32,000 nucleotides of DNA from Pseudomonas aeruginosa (GCF_001457615.1 NZ_LN831024.1:390001-422000); one strand, 5' to 3'. Counted from the stretch's first letter, positions 1 through 12,127 are shown. Notes: generated by a model not told the origin, from the letters alone. Made by a program: numbers and translations.

Positions 1-613
1 ACCAGCCGGTCTTCTGCCCGGCCAGCACCGGCGCCTCGAACTTCACGCCGTTCTCTTCCAGGGCGACCCACTCCGGCACTTCGCCGTAGGCATTGGCCAC
101 GTAGCGCTCCAGGCCCTCGGCGTCGCGCGCGCTGGAGTCGTTCTTCCAGAGCACGGCGGCGGGCTTGAGCACCTGCAGCAGGGCGGCGAGCACCTCGTCC
201 TTGCGCAGTTCCATGGCTGCGGACGCCAGTTGCACCACCAGCACGTCGCCAAAGCGATCGACCACCAGGCCGGGCAGCAGGTCGGAATCGCCGTAGACCA
301 GCCGGTAGAACGGCTTGTCGAAAAGCCGCTCGCGCAGGCTGAGGGCGATGTTGATGCGATGAACCAGCAGCGATTTGTCGAGAACGTGCTTGGTATCACG
401 GGAAATGAGGCGGCCGCAGATGAGATTGTTCGGGCTCAGCGCGACGATGCCCAGCGGCTTGCCGTTGGCCATTTCCAGCACCGCCTGGTCGCCGGCGGCG
501 AAGGCATTCAGCGGCGTCGCGGCGACATCCACCTCGTTGCTGTAGACCCACAGGTGGCCGGCGCGCAGGCGGCGCTCGGCGTTGGCTTTGAGACGCAAGC
601 TGGGCAGGGTCAT
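1..613 (-). CDS. SAM-dependent rRNA (cytosine-C5) methyltransferase, RlmI/YccW-like; 5' part only, gene runs off the left edge
   Basis: Absent from the ORF track because it has no stop in the window. My manual minus-strand translation from ATG 613-611 stays open to position 1: MTLPSLRLKANAERRLRAGHLWVYSNEVD...YRLVYGDSDLLPGLVVDRFGDVLVVQLASAA...GQKTGW. It is colinear with E. coli RlmI as I recall it ([20 protein letters not shown]..., HKTGYY). A GGAG lies 10-13 nt upstream of the ATG. Confidence 0.8.
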   Translation of the reverse strand, partial: MTLPSLRLKANAERRLRAGHLWVYSNEVDVAATPLNAFAAGDQAVLEMANGKPLGIVALSPNNLICGRLISRDTKHVLDKSLLVHRINIALSLRERLFDKPFYRLVYGDSDLLPGLVVDRFGDVLVVQLASAAMELRKDEVLAALLQVLKPAAVLWKNDSSARDAEGLERYVANAYGEVPEWVALEENGVKFEAPVLAGQKTGW

Positions 614-685
614 GGGAAAGGCTCCGGCAAAAGAGCGCGATTATAGCGCAGCGACGGGATTCGCCGCTGCGCGAACGCGGGCCGT

Positions 686-1225
686 TCAGCCGGCGAGGAT
701 TTCGATGAATCGACGGTTGAAGGCCGGGATGTCTTCGGGTTTGCGGCTGCTCACCAGCTTGCCGTCCACCGCTACCTCCTGGTCCACCCAGTGGCCGCCG
801 GCGTTGTTGATGTCGTCCTTGAGCGACGGCCAACTGGTCAGGGTACGACCCTGCACCAGGCCGGCGGAGATCAGCAGCCAGGCGCCGTGGCAGATCACCG
901 CCACCGGCTTGCTCGCCTGTTCGGCGCGGATCGCCAGTTCCTGGGCCTTGGCCAGGCTGCGGATCTGGTCGGAATTGATCACCCCGCCGGGCAGCAGCAG
1001 GGCGTCGTAGTCGTCCAGGCTGGCGTCTTCGAAGGTGCCGTCGACGCGGAAGGCCTCGGCTGGCTGGTGATGGTTCCAGCCGTGCACCTCGCCGGCCTTG
1101 TCGGAAAGAATCCTTACCGTGGCGCCGGCGTCTTCCAGGGCTTTTTTCGGACCGGTCAGTTCGACCTGTTCGAAACCGTCGGTCACCAGGGCGGCGACGA
1201 CCTTGCCGTGCAGGGATTGGGTCAT
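686..1225 (-). CDS. pfpI: DJ-1/PfpI family protease/deglycase
   Basis: Internal ATG (1225-1223) of track ORF 686..1369, preceded by GGGAGA. Gives 179 aa, MTQSLHGKVVAALVTDGFEQVEL..., with the nucleophile-elbow motif VAVICHGAWLL typical of DJ-1/PfpI. The upstream 48 codons of the track ORF are Arg/Ala/Gly-rich junk. Confidence 0.9.
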   Translation of the reverse strand: MTQSLHGKVVAALVTDGFEQVELTGPKKALEDAGATVRILSDKAGEVHGWNHHQPAEAFRVDGTFEDASLDDYDALLLPGGVINSDQIRSLAKAQELAIRAEQASKPVAVICHGAWLLISAGLVQGRTLTSWPSLKDDINNAGGHWVDQEVAVDGKLVSSRKPEDIPAFNRRFIEILAG

Positions 1226-1386
1226 GGCATGTCTCCCGATATCAGAAGGGGTATTCATTCCGACCCTGGCGGCTGCGGGAAAAGTTCCATGTCCGTTGCC
1301 TGGCGCCGCTTTTCCGGCAGAAGCCCGCCCCATGGCGGGGTTCTCCGGGTAAACTGCGCGCACCGTCAACTTTCGCCTCCGTCCTC

Positions 1387-2265
1387 ATGGTCCAAGAACT
1401 CACCGCCGAGCAGATCCGCCAGGCCCTGCAAGGCATCAGCGTGCCGCCGCAACCCCAGATCATGGTCGACCTGCAGATGGAGCAGGTCATGCCCAATCCG
1501 GACCTGAAGAACATTGCCAGGCTGATCAGCCAGGACCCGGGCCTTTCCGGGGCTCTCCTGAAACTGGTGAACTCGCCGTTCTTCGGCCTGGCCAATCGCA
1601 TCACTTCGATCCAGCGCGCGGTGAACCTGCTGGGCAGTCGTTCGGTGATCAACCTGATCAACGCCCAGTCGATCAAGGGTGAGATGAGCGACGACACCAT
1701 CGTCACCCTCAACCGTTTCTGGGACACCGCCCAGGACGTGGCCATGAGCTGCCTCAGCCTGGCCAAGCGGATCGGCTACGAATCGGTGGACGAAGCCTAC
1801 GCTCTCGGCCTGTTCCACAATTGCGGCATCCCGCTGATGCTCAAGCGCTTCCCGCACTACATGGCGGTGCTGGAAGAGGCCTACGCCGCCGCCAGCGACG
1901 AACGCCGGGTGGTGGACACCGAGAACCGCGTGCTGAACACCAACCATGCGGTGGTCGGCTACTACACCGCGCGCTCCTGGCGCCTGCCGGAGCACGTCTG
2001 CGAGGCGATCGCCAACCACCACAACGCGTTGTCGATCTTCGGCGACGAATCGGCACGCGATACCCAACTGAAGAACCTGCTGGCGATCCTGAAGATGGCC
2101 GAGCACATCTGCGGTTCGCACCGGGTCCTCGGCAACCAGCCGGAAGACCACGAATGGAACAGCATCGGTGCGCTGGTGCTGGACTACGTCGGGCTCACCG
2201 ACTACGACTTCGAGAACCTCAAGGGCTCGATCCTCGAGCTGGGCGTCGGCCAGGGCAGCTACTGA
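1387..2265 (+). CDS. HDOD domain-containing signalling protein (stand-alone)
   Basis: ATG at 1387, 292 aa. The N-terminal ...LPPQPQIMVDLQ...NIARLISQDPGLSGALLKLVNSPFFGL...ITSIQRAVNLLG and the later GLFHNCG segment are the usual HDOD pattern. Strong GC3 bias. Confidence 0.85.
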   Translation: MVQELTAEQIRQALQGISVPPQPQIMVDLQMEQVMPNPDLKNIARLISQDPGLSGALLKLVNSPFFGLANRITSIQRAVNLLGSRSVINLINAQSIKGEMSDDTIVTLNRFWDTAQDVAMSCLSLAKRIGYESVDEAYALGLFHNCGIPLMLKRFPHYMAVLEEAYAAASDERRVVDTENRVLNTNHAVVGYYTARSWRLPEHVCEAIANHHNALSIFGDESARDTQLKNLLAILKMAEHICGSHRVLGNQPEDHEWNSIGALVLDYVGLTDYDFENLKGSILELGVGQGSY

Positions 2266-2323
2266 CTGGCCGCGCCGCGGCGCTTCCTGCTAAGGTGCCG
2301 CGGTCAACCGGATTGCTGCCGCC

Positions 2324-3136
2324 ATGCCCGAACTACCCGAAGTCGAAACCACCCGCCGGGGCATCGCCCCCTACCTCGAAGGCCAGCGCGTCGAGCGCGT
2401 GATCGTGCGCGAGCGGCGCCTGCGCTGGCCGATTCCCGAAGACCTGGACGTGCGCCTGTCCGGACAACGCATCGTCAGCGTCGAGCGCCGCGCCAAGTAC
2501 CTGCTGCTGGGCGCCGAGGCCGGTACGCTGATCAGCCACCTGGGCATGTCCGGCAGCCTGAGGCTGGTGGAGAGCGGCACCCCGGCCAGTCGCCACGAGC
2601 ACGTCGACATCGAGCTGGCCTCGGGCATGGCCCTGCGCTACACCGATCCGCGGCGCTTCGGCGCCATGCTCTGGAGCCTGGCGCCACTGGAACACGAGTT
2701 GCTGCGCAACCTCGGCCCGGAACCGCTGACCGACGCTTTCGCCGGCCAGCGTCTGTTCGAGCTGTCGCGCGGGCGGAGCATGGCGGTCAAGCCGTTCATC
2801 ATGGACAACGCGGTGGTGGTCGGGGTCGGCAACATCTACGCCAGCGAAGCGCTGTTCGCCGCCGGCATCGATCCGCGCAAGCCCGCCGGGAGCATCTCCA
2901 AGGCGCGCTACCTGCGCCTGGCGGAGGAGATCAAGCGGATCCTGGCGATCGCCATCGAGCGCGGCGGCACCACCCTGCGCGATTTCGTCGGCGGCGACGG
3001 CCAGCCCGGTTACTTCCAGCAGGAATTGTTCGTCTATGGCCGTGGCGGGGAGTTCTGCAAGGTCTGCGGCAGCACCCTGCGCGAGATCCGCCTAGGCCAG
3101 CGCGCCAGCGTGTACTGCCCGCGCTGCCAACGCTGA
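2324..3136 (+). CDS. mutM: Formamidopyrimidine-DNA glycosylase (Fpg/MutM)
   Basis: 270 aa. Has the invariant N-terminus MPELPEVE, an H2TH region, and a C-terminal zinc finger CKVCGSTL...YCPRCQ. Confidence 0.97.
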
Positions 3137-3212
3137 AGCGCCGCGCCGCGCATACTCTACCGCCACAAGAAGGGCCGCCACGGTGAGCGGCCTGCCATAA
3201 GAAAGGTGCACG

Positions 3213-3791
3213 ATGTCCGGCAATTACCTGCCTCGCAACACCCTGGTCGAGTCGCTCGGCCATGCCATGCTGAAACTCTCCGGCTGGAAGATCGAGGGCC
3301 AATTGCCCGCGCTCGACAAGTTCGTGGTGATCGGCGCCCACCACACCTCGAACTGGGACTTCGTGGCCTTCCTTGCCGCCAAGTTCGTCCTGCGCCTGAA
3401 CGCCCGCTGGTTCGGCAAGCACACCCTGTTCAACGGCCCGCTGGGCGGCCTGATGCGGCGCTGGGGTGGCATCCCGATCCAGCGCCACCTGAAGCTGAAT
3501 ACCGTGGACCAGGCGATCCAGGCCTTCCGCGAGCACCGCGAGTTCATGCTGATCATCGCTCCGGAAGGCACGCGCAAGAAGGTCGACCGCTGGCGCATGG
3601 GCTTCTACCACATCGCCCGTGGCGCCGGCGTACCGGTGGTGCCGGCGGCGCTGGACTACGAAAACCGGCGGATCGTCATCGGCGAACCCTTCTGGCCGAC
3701 CGGCAACGAGGACGCCGACCTGTGCAGCCTGATCGGCTTCTACCGGCCGTTCATCCCGAAAAAGCCGCACTACGCATTCCTCGGCGATTGA
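3213..3791 (+). CDS. PlsC-family (lysophospholipid/1-acyl-glycerol-3-phosphate-type) acyltransferase
   Basis: 192 aa. HX4D motif HHTSNWD and the APEGTR motif of glycerolipid acyltransferases. SD-like GAAAGG lies upstream of the ATG. Confidence 0.85.
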
Positions 3792-3873
3792 AGGCGGTCA
3801 CGCTGGCACTACCCGCAGCGCTGTTATAGTTAGGCGATATCTGCCCAACCAAAAACCAGAAAGGACCGCCTCC

Positions 3874-4218
3874 ATGAACCTGTTTCGCACCACCGCGCTC
3901 GTGCTGGCGCTGACCACCGGGCTCTCGTCCATGCCCGCGCTGGCGGATGCCGTGCAGGAAAACGCCAGCGGCGACCCGATGTACACCGTCGAAGCGCCCC
4001 CCGCGTACGCCATGATCGGCGATCTGCTCATCGCCCGTCCCTTCCTGATCGCCGCCACGGCCGTCGGGGCGGTGGCCTTCGTGGTCAGCCTGCCGTTCAC
4101 CGCGGCCAGCGGCAGCGTCGGCAAGGCCGGCCAGGCGCTGGTGGTCGATCCGGGCAAGGAAGCCTTCGTCCGTTGCCTGGGCTGCACCACCAGCGGCTAT
4201 AACCACGACGAAAGCTGA
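3874..4218 (+). CDS. Hypothetical exported/membrane protein (signal peptide, hydrophobic core, C-terminal CxxC)
   Basis: 114 aa. Signal-like [26 protein letters not shown], a hydrophobic stretch [23 protein letters not shown], and RCLGCT near the C-terminus. Strong GC3 bias (about 1 codon in 10 ends in A/T by my count). Followed by a canonical terminator. Confidence 0.7.
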
Positions 4219-4233
4219 GTTTCCAACGGAATG

Positions 4234-4267
4234 AAAAAAAGCCGGTCATCGACCGGCTTTTTGTTTT
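4234..4267 (+). terminator. Rho-independent terminator, potentially bidirectional (A-run / hairpin / T-run)
   Basis: aaaaaaa GCCGGTC atc GACCGGC tttttgtttt. Perfect 7-bp GC stem (4241-4247 / 4251-4257), flanked by a 7-A run upstream and a T-run downstream. Lies 16 nt after the stop at 4218. Confidence 0.85.
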
Positions 4268-4487
4268 CTCGATGCATTGCAGGGGGCACGGAGATTGGGC
4301 TAAGTCTTTTCTTCCGCCACGGCAGGCGGCAGCTATAGCGCCGCATCGGCCGATGACAGATGTTCCGCACGGACCGTTCGCGGCACTTGATCGGACTCTC
4401 CGATGGTGACAGTGTCCTGCTGACCAGCAAGGTCACAAGGTCGACCAGGGGTGGCCGACCGACTCAACCAAGATAAGGATTTCGCGT

Positions 4488-5474
4488 ATGTTCAGTCAGT
4501 GGGTGTTCCTGTCCGTCCTTGCTCTTGCCGTACCCTCGTTCGCCTGGGCGGAGGATGCGGTGTCCGACCTCGCCAAGGAGCAGTCCAAGGCCGAGCAGGG
4601 CGACAAGCGCGGCGATGAACTGTTCGCCGAATTCACCCGCCTCCGCCAGGCCGCCGAGACGGGGGAGCCGCAGGCTCTGTTCGATTTCGGCGCCTATTTC
4701 TACCAGCAACAGAACTACGCCAGCGCGCGCGAATGGTGGGGCAAGGCGGCCGCTGCGGGGATGGTCCGCGCGCAGATCCAACTGGCCATGCTCTATCGCG
4801 ATGGTGACGGCGGGCCACAGGACAAGACCGAGGCGGCACGCTGGTTCCGGAAGGCCGCGGAGCAGGGGGATGCCGCCGCCCAGAATGAAATGGGCGTTCT
4901 CTACTGGAGAGGCGAAGGGGTCGACCAGGACCGGGTGAAGGCCGGGACCTGGTTCGAACGCGCGGCGGCCAGCGGTAGCGAAGACGCCGAAACCAATCTG
5001 GGATGGTTCTACCTGGACGACTCGCAAGGCGTCTATTCCGCCACTTCAGACGAGGAAGCCGCCCTGCTGGACCGTTATGCCGGCAGCCGGGAAAAGGCCT
5101 TCCAGTGGTTCTGCAAGGCTGCGACCCAGGGAGATGCCCGTGCCCAGTTCAAGGTGGGCGAGGCCTACTGGAACGGTTCCGGTGCCGGGATGAACAAGCT
5201 GCAAGCGCGGCTCTGGCTGGAAAAGGCCGCACAGCAGCAGGATGCGGATGCCATCGCCTGGTTGGAGAGCGCCGCGAACGCAGCCTGGTACACCCGCCTG
5301 GAAAACTGGATTCACGCTGCGCTGGATGGAGAGCTGTCCGGCGTCGCCGACTGCTCCGGTGCCGCCGATCGCCGGCACTCCGGCCGAGGCATGGAGGGCG
5401 CCCCGTCTGACCCGGAGGCGGTGGAAGCCAGTGCGGAGGATGCGCAGCAGGCGGTTGAAGCGGCGAGCCAGTGA
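4488..5474 (+). CDS. Exported Sel1-like (SLR/TPR-like) repeat protein
   Basis: 328 aa. Signal peptide MFSQWVFLSVLALAVPSFAWA. Repeated about 36-aa modules of the Sel1 type (A..WW.KAAAAG...AQ..LA.LY..G.G...D...A..WF.KAAEQGDAAAQ..MG.LY..GEGV..D). Acidic/Ala-rich C-terminal tail. Confidence 0.85.
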   Translation: MFSQWVFLSVLALAVPSFAWAEDAVSDLAKEQSKAEQGDKRGDELFAEFTRLRQAAETGEPQALFDFGAYFYQQQNYASAREWWGKAAAAGMVRAQIQLAMLYRDGDGGPQDKTEAARWFRKAAEQGDAAAQNEMGVLYWRGEGVDQDRVKAGTWFERAAASGSEDAETNLGWFYLDDSQGVYSATSDEEAALLDRYAGSREKAFQWFCKAATQGDARAQFKVGEAYWNGSGAGMNKLQARLWLEKAAQQQDADAIAWLESAANAAWYTRLENWIHAALDGELSGVADCSGAADRRHSGRGMEGAPSDPEAVEASAEDAQQAVEAASQ

Positions 5475-5578
5475 GGCACGCCGCCTGGATTGCCAGCCGG
5501 ACTCGTCGGCGAAATCCCTACGCGGCGCCTATCTGGGTGAGATCGTCGAACATTTTTTGAGCGCTGTCTCTCATTTGT

Positions 5579-7312
5579 TCAGTGCGGCCGAGGCTGCGCT
5601 TGCGCCTCCAGGGACAGAGACGAGTAGCCGATCCCGCGCGGGTCGCTGGCGGCGTCGACGCGGCCGCTGCGCTTGTCCCAGTAGAGCACCTGCTGGTTGC
5701 CGTAGCTGCGCTCCAGGCGTTTGAGCTGATAGCCGCGCCGGCGCAGTTCGGCGGCCTCGGCATCGCTGAAGGCGCGCGGTTCGTACTCGACGACGTCCGG
5801 CTTGTACTGGTGGTGGTAGCGCGGCGCGGCGACCCATTGGCCGACCGGGCGACCGTCGAAGTACTGCAGCATGGAGATCAGCACCATGCTCGGGATGCGG
5901 CTGCCGCCAGGGGTGCCGAAGGCGGCGAAGTCGGTCGGGCTTTCCAGGAAGCTCGGGCTCATGCTCGACAGCGGGCGCTTGCCGGCCGCCACCGCGTTCG
6001 CCTGGCTGCCGGCCAGGCCGTAGCTGTTGGCGCCCTGGGTGTCGGCGGCGAAATCGTCCATCTCGTTGTTCAGCACCACGCCGGTACCGGGAACGGTGAA
6101 GGCGGCGCCGAACGGCAGGTTCACCGAGAGGGTGGCGGCCACCGCGTTGCCCTGGGCATCGATCACCGCGAAGTGGGTGGTGTGGTCGCCTTCGCGCCAG
6201 GCCGGCGCCTCCGGCAGCGCCGAGCTGGGCGTGGCGCGGCGCGGGTCGATGCCGGCGGCAAGGCGCTTCAGGTAGTCCGGCGCCAGCAAACTGGGCAGCG
6301 GGTTGGCGACGAAGTCCGGGTCGCCGAGCAGGCCTCGATCGCGGTAGGCACGGCGCAGGACCTCCAGCACGTAATGGGCACGCTGTACCGGCTCGGCCTT
6401 CTGCCACGGCAGCTGTTCCAGCATCTGCAGGCTCTGCGCCAGGGCGACGCCGCCGGCCGAGGGCGGCGGTGCGCTGATCAGTTCGCGGCCGTTGGCCAGC
6501 TTCACCTCCAGCGGGCGGCGTTCGATCACCCGGTAGTCGCGCAGGTCGGCCGCGCTCCAGATGCCGCCGCCGGCGCGGACCCCGGTGAGCAGCTTGTCCG
6601 CTGTCTCGCCTTCGTAGAAACCGATCCGCCCGTAGCGCCCGAGGCGTTCCAGGGTACGTGCCAACTGCGGTTGGCGGAGCAGGTTCCATTCGTCGGGGAT
6701 TCCGCCCTTGTCGAGGAAGATCCGCGCGGTTTCCGGGTCCTTGCGCATCGCTTCCAGGCGCATGGCGGCGCGGTCACGGTAGATCCGGTCGACGGATACG
6801 CCATCCACCGCCAGGCGGATCGCCGGCACCAGATTGTCGGCCAGGGGCTTGCGTCCGTAGCGGCTGCTCAATTCGACCAGCGCCGCCGGCAGGCCGGGGA
6901 TCGCCGCCGCCAGCGGGCCGTCGACGGACAGCCTGGGGTCGACCTTGCCGTTGCGCCGGTACATGTCGGCGTAGGCGGCCTTCGGCGCGCGCTCGCGGGC
7001 GTCGAGGAAGCGATAGGTCGGCTGCGCGCCGGCCTGGCGCAGAAGGAAGAATCCACCGCCGCCGAGTCCCGAGCCGTAAGGCTCGGCTACCGCCAGGGCA
7101 GCGGCGATGGCCGCCGCGGCGTCGAAGGCGTTGCCGCCATTGGCCAGGGTTTCCAGGCCGGCGACGGTCGCGGCCGGATGTGGCGTGGCGACGGCGGCCT
7201 GCTGCGGTGCGTGGGCGTCGCCGCGAAAGCTGTCGGCATGCGCCGCGAGGCTGAGCAGGGACAGGCCGCAGGCGGCGACCAGGGTACGGACGGGCAGGTT
7301 CAGGAAGGACAT
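5579..7312 (-). CDS. Gamma-glutamyltranspeptidase family protein (periplasmic precursor)
   Basis: 577 aa with an N-terminal signal peptide. The autoprocessing/catalytic segment GDHTTHFAVIDAQGNAVAATLSVN and the later NNEMDDF motif are typical of GGT (Ntn hydrolase). Confidence 0.93.
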   Translation of the reverse strand: MSFLNLPVRTLVAACGLSLLSLAAHADSFRGDAHAPQQAAVATPHPAATVAGLETLANGGNAFDAAAAIAAALAVAEPYGSGLGGGGFFLLRQAGAQPTYRFLDARERAPKAAYADMYRRNGKVDPRLSVDGPLAAAIPGLPAALVELSSRYGRKPLADNLVPAIRLAVDGVSVDRIYRDRAAMRLEAMRKDPETARIFLDKGGIPDEWNLLRQPQLARTLERLGRYGRIGFYEGETADKLLTGVRAGGGIWSAADLRDYRVIERRPLEVKLANGRELISAPPPSAGGVALAQSLQMLEQLPWQKAEPVQRAHYVLEVLRRAYRDRGLLGDPDFVANPLPSLLAPDYLKRLAAGIDPRRATPSSALPEAPAWREGDHTTHFAVIDAQGNAVAATLSVNLPFGAAFTVPGTGVVLNNEMDDFAADTQGANSYGLAGSQANAVAAGKRPLSSMSPSFLESPTDFAAFGTPGGSRIPSMVLISMLQYFDGRPVGQWVAAPRYHHQYKPDVVEYEPRAFSDAEAAELRRRGYQLKRLERSYGNQQVLYWDKRSGRVDAASDPRGIGYSSLSLEAQAQPRPH

Positions 7313-7439
7313 GGCGGCTCACTGTTCAGCGGCGTTCGCGGGACGGGACCGTGAACGCCTCAGACTGGATTGCCAAGGATAGCCAAAAGCGCGTCGGACG
7401 GGGCGCGAACCGTCCCTGAAGGACAGGCGCCGGCGGGGA

Positions 7440-7691
<252 letters not shown>

Positions 7692-7811
7692 CTAACAACT
7701 CCAACCGCGACGGACAGCCACGGCATCGGTAACGGGAATAGCGGAATTGTGCCGCATCGGCGCCCGCAGTGCACGCGGGGCGCCGACGGGAGGCCGGCGG
7801 AGAGACGCGGA

Positions 7812-10038
<2,227 letters not shown>

Positions 10039-10093
10039 GAATGCACTCTCAGGCTAGGCGGCTTCGGGCTCTTCGTATTGTTCCGGGGGCGGC

Positions 10094-10642
10094 TCAAGCG
10101 ATCTTCGGCGGTCCGGGGTAGCCACAATGGGCCCACGCCTCGGGGCGGGCGTACCAGGCCATCATCGCCAGTTGCATCAGCGAACTGTGGCCCATCCGCA
10201 ACAGGCCGATGAAGCTGTTTTCCCAGCGCGAAAGGAATGCCCGCACGTCGTCGCCGCTGGCGTTCTCCCAACTGCCCCAGATACCGGTCAGCGGGCCACG
10301 GGTGAGCGGCAGGGCGAGCACGTCGAAGAGTTGCAGGGTGAGCTTGAACATCTCCGGGGAGAGCCGCGCCAGGTTGTGGTCGAGGCTCTGGATCGCGCCC
10401 TCCACGGCTTTCGGCATCTGCTCGGCGGAAACCGCGCCGAGCAGCATCACCGGCAGCAGCGCACGGAGGAACGGCAGGTCGGATTCGCGGACCTTTTCCA
10501 GGCCGCTCGCCGGTTTCTCCGCCGAACAGCCGGTGAGGCTGGCGGTGACGCCCGCGGTGGCGAGGAACGCGCCGCCGATCAGGCCGACTTTCATCAGGCT
10601 GCGTCGGGACAGGCCGGCGCCTTCGAGAGTGGTGTCGCTCAT
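10094..10642 (-). CDS. laoB: Tat-signal small subunit accompanying the GMC oxidoreductase
   Basis: 182 aa. Twin-arginine leader LSRRSLMKVGLIGGAFLATAGV followed by LTGC. AGGTGA SD-like sequence 10 nt upstream. Sits between the ALDH and GMC genes with 54-55 nt gaps. Confidence 0.8.
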   Translation of the reverse strand: MSDTTLEGAGLSRRSLMKVGLIGGAFLATAGVTASLTGCSAEKPASGLEKVRESDLPFLRALLPVMLLGAVSAEQMPKAVEGAIQSLDHNLARLSPEMFKLTLQLFDVLALPLTRGPLTGIWGSWENASGDDVRAFLSRWENSFIGLLRMGHSSLMQLAMMAWYARPEAWAHCGYPGPPKIA

Positions 10643-10696
10643 TGTTGTTATGTCACCTGCAGCGTAGGAATGAGGGGGCGCCGCACGCGCCCCGGT

Positions 10697-12127
10697 TCAG
10701 CGCACGAACAGCTTGTAGACGAGCTTCTGGATCGACTTGCCGTAGGGCGGGTAGATCATTCGCGCGGCGTTGAAGCGCGGCTTGCTGAACACGCCCTTGG
10801 CCTTGCTGAAGGTGAGGAAGCCTTCGTGGCCATGGTAGTGGCCCATGCCGGAGGGGCCGACGCCACCGAACGGGATGTCGTCCTGGGCGACGTGCAGCAG
10901 GGTGTCGTTCAGGCACACGCCGCCCGAGTGGGTCTCGTGCAGCACGCGCTGCTGTTGCGCCTTGTCGTAGCCGAAGTAGTACAGGGCCAGCGGTCGCGGG
11001 CGCTGGTTGACATAGGCCAGGGCGTCTTCCAGGCGCTCGTAGGGGATCACCGGCAGCAGCGGGCCGAAGATTTCCTCCTGCATCACTTTCATGTCGTCGC
11101 TGACGTTCAGCAGCAGCGTCTGCGGCAGGCGCCGCTGCTGGCCTTCGGCGAACAGCGGGACGAGGGTCGCGCCCTTCTCGCGGGCGTCGTCGAGATAGCC
11201 CCGGAGGCGGCCGAGCTGGCGCTCGTTGATGATTGCGGTGTAGTCGGGGTTGTCCGAAAGACGCGGGAAGAAGCCCTGGACCACCTCCTTGTACTGGCTG
11301 ACGAATTCCTCGACGCGCCGGCTCGGTACCAGCACGTAGTCGGGCGCGACGCAGGTCTGCCCGGCGTTGAGGCTCTTGCCGAAGGCGATCCGCTCGGCGG
11401 CGTCCTTCATCGGCACGCTGTCGGAGACGATCGCCGGCGACTTGCCGCCCAGCTCCAGGGTGACCGGGGTCAGGTTCTCGGCGGCGGCGCGCATCACGTG
11501 CTTGCCGACGCTGGTGGCGCCGGTGAACAGCAGGTGGTCGAACGGCAGCTTGGAAAAGGCCACGCCGACGTCCACCTCGCCGAGCACCACGGCGACCTGG
11601 TCCTCGGGGAAGATCCGCGCCAGCAGGTCCTTGAGCAGGCGCCCGGTGGCCGGGGTCGACTCGCTCATCTTGATCATCACCCGGTTGCCGGCGGCGAGGG
11701 CCCCGGTCAGCGGGCCGATGGAGAGGAACAGCGGATAGTTCCAAGGCACGATCACCCCGACCACGCCCAGCGGCTGGTACACCACCTGGGCCGAGGCCGG
11801 CTGGAATTGCAGGCCGACCGCGCGGCGCGCGGGCTTCATCCATTTCTTCACGCGCTTGGCGGCGTAGTGGATGCCGTGCAGGCTGGGCATGATCTCGGCG
11901 AGCAGGGTCTCGTCGGCGGAGCGCGCGCTGAAGTCCCGGTCGATGGCCTCGATCAGTGCCTGCTGTTCCTTGAACAGCAGGTCGCGCAGGGCCTTCAGCC
12001 ACTGCACGCGCTGCGTGGCGTCGGGCATCGGCTGCGCCAGGTAGGCGGCGCGCTGGCGGGCGAAGAGGGCTTCGAGCTGGTTGATTTCCTGCTGGCTCTG
12101 CTGCAGGTAGGCGATATCGGCGACCAT
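10697..12127 (-). CDS. laoC: NAD(P)-dependent aldehyde dehydrogenase (coniferyl/fatty aldehyde dehydrogenase clade)
   Basis: 476 aa. Catalytic motifs LELGGKSP and NAGQTCVAPDY. GGAG lies 9 nt upstream of ATG 12127. Confidence 0.9.
   Translation of the reverse strand: MVADIAYLQQSQQEINQLEALFARQRAAYLAQPMPDATQRVQWLKALRDLLFKEQQALIEAIDRDFSARSADETLLAEIMPSLHGIHYAAKRVKKWMKPARRAVGLQFQPASAQVVYQPLGVVGVIVPWNYPLFLSIGPLTGALAAGNRVMIKMSESTPATGRLLKDLLARIFPEDQVAVVLGEVDVGVAFSKLPFDHLLFTGATSVGKHVMRAAAENLTPVTLELGGKSPAIVSDSVPMKDAAERIAFGKSLNAGQTCVAPDYVLVPSRRVEEFVSQYKEVVQGFFPRLSDNPDYTAIINERQLGRLRGYLDDAREKGATLVPLFAEGQQRRLPQTLLLNVSDDMKVMQEEIFGPLLPVIPYERLEDALAYVNQRPRPLALYYFGYDKAQQQRVLHETHSGGVCLNDTLLHVAQDDIPFGGVGPSGMGHYHGHEGFLTFSKAKGVFSKPRFNAARMIYPPYGKSIQKLVYKLFVR

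Noticed and set aside
640-672. TATAAT on the minus strand (645-640), preceded by an 8-bp hairpin GCGCAGCG...CGCTGCGC (646-672), as a promoter for the rlmI-like gene and a terminator for pfpI
   Set aside because: The -10 is perfect, but the corresponding -35 position reads AGCGGC, and the hairpin lacks an adjacent U-tract. It is plausible but too weak to list as a feature without TSS or 3'-end data.
1259-1287. AlgU-like motif upstream of pfpI on the minus strand: GAACTT (1287-1282), 18 nt, TCGGA (1263-1259)
   Set aside because: The spacer is 18 nt, whereas the accepted AlgU consensus uses 16-17 nt, and the -10 is only a TCnnA match. A single GAACTT hexamer is not rare. I keep it only as a note; TSS mapping in a mucA mutant would test it.
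4197-4436. 79-aa minus-strand ORF in the 3874-4218/Sel1 intergenic region
   Set aside because: It runs through the bidirectional terminator hairpin and overlaps the 3' end of the 3874-4218 gene. The product is highly basic (Arg/Lys/Ser/Pro) with poor GC3 bias and no SD, so it is most likely spurious.
5485-7375. Identical 11-mer CTGGATTGCCA on both sides of the GGT gene (5485-5495 and 7365-7375), which might suggest direct repeats flanking an insertion
   Set aside because: An 11-nt match between two given positions is rare. But among all position pairs in a 32-kb window many such matches are expected by chance (on the order of a hundred for random sequence). The flanking bases do not extend the match, and the GGT gene has native composition.
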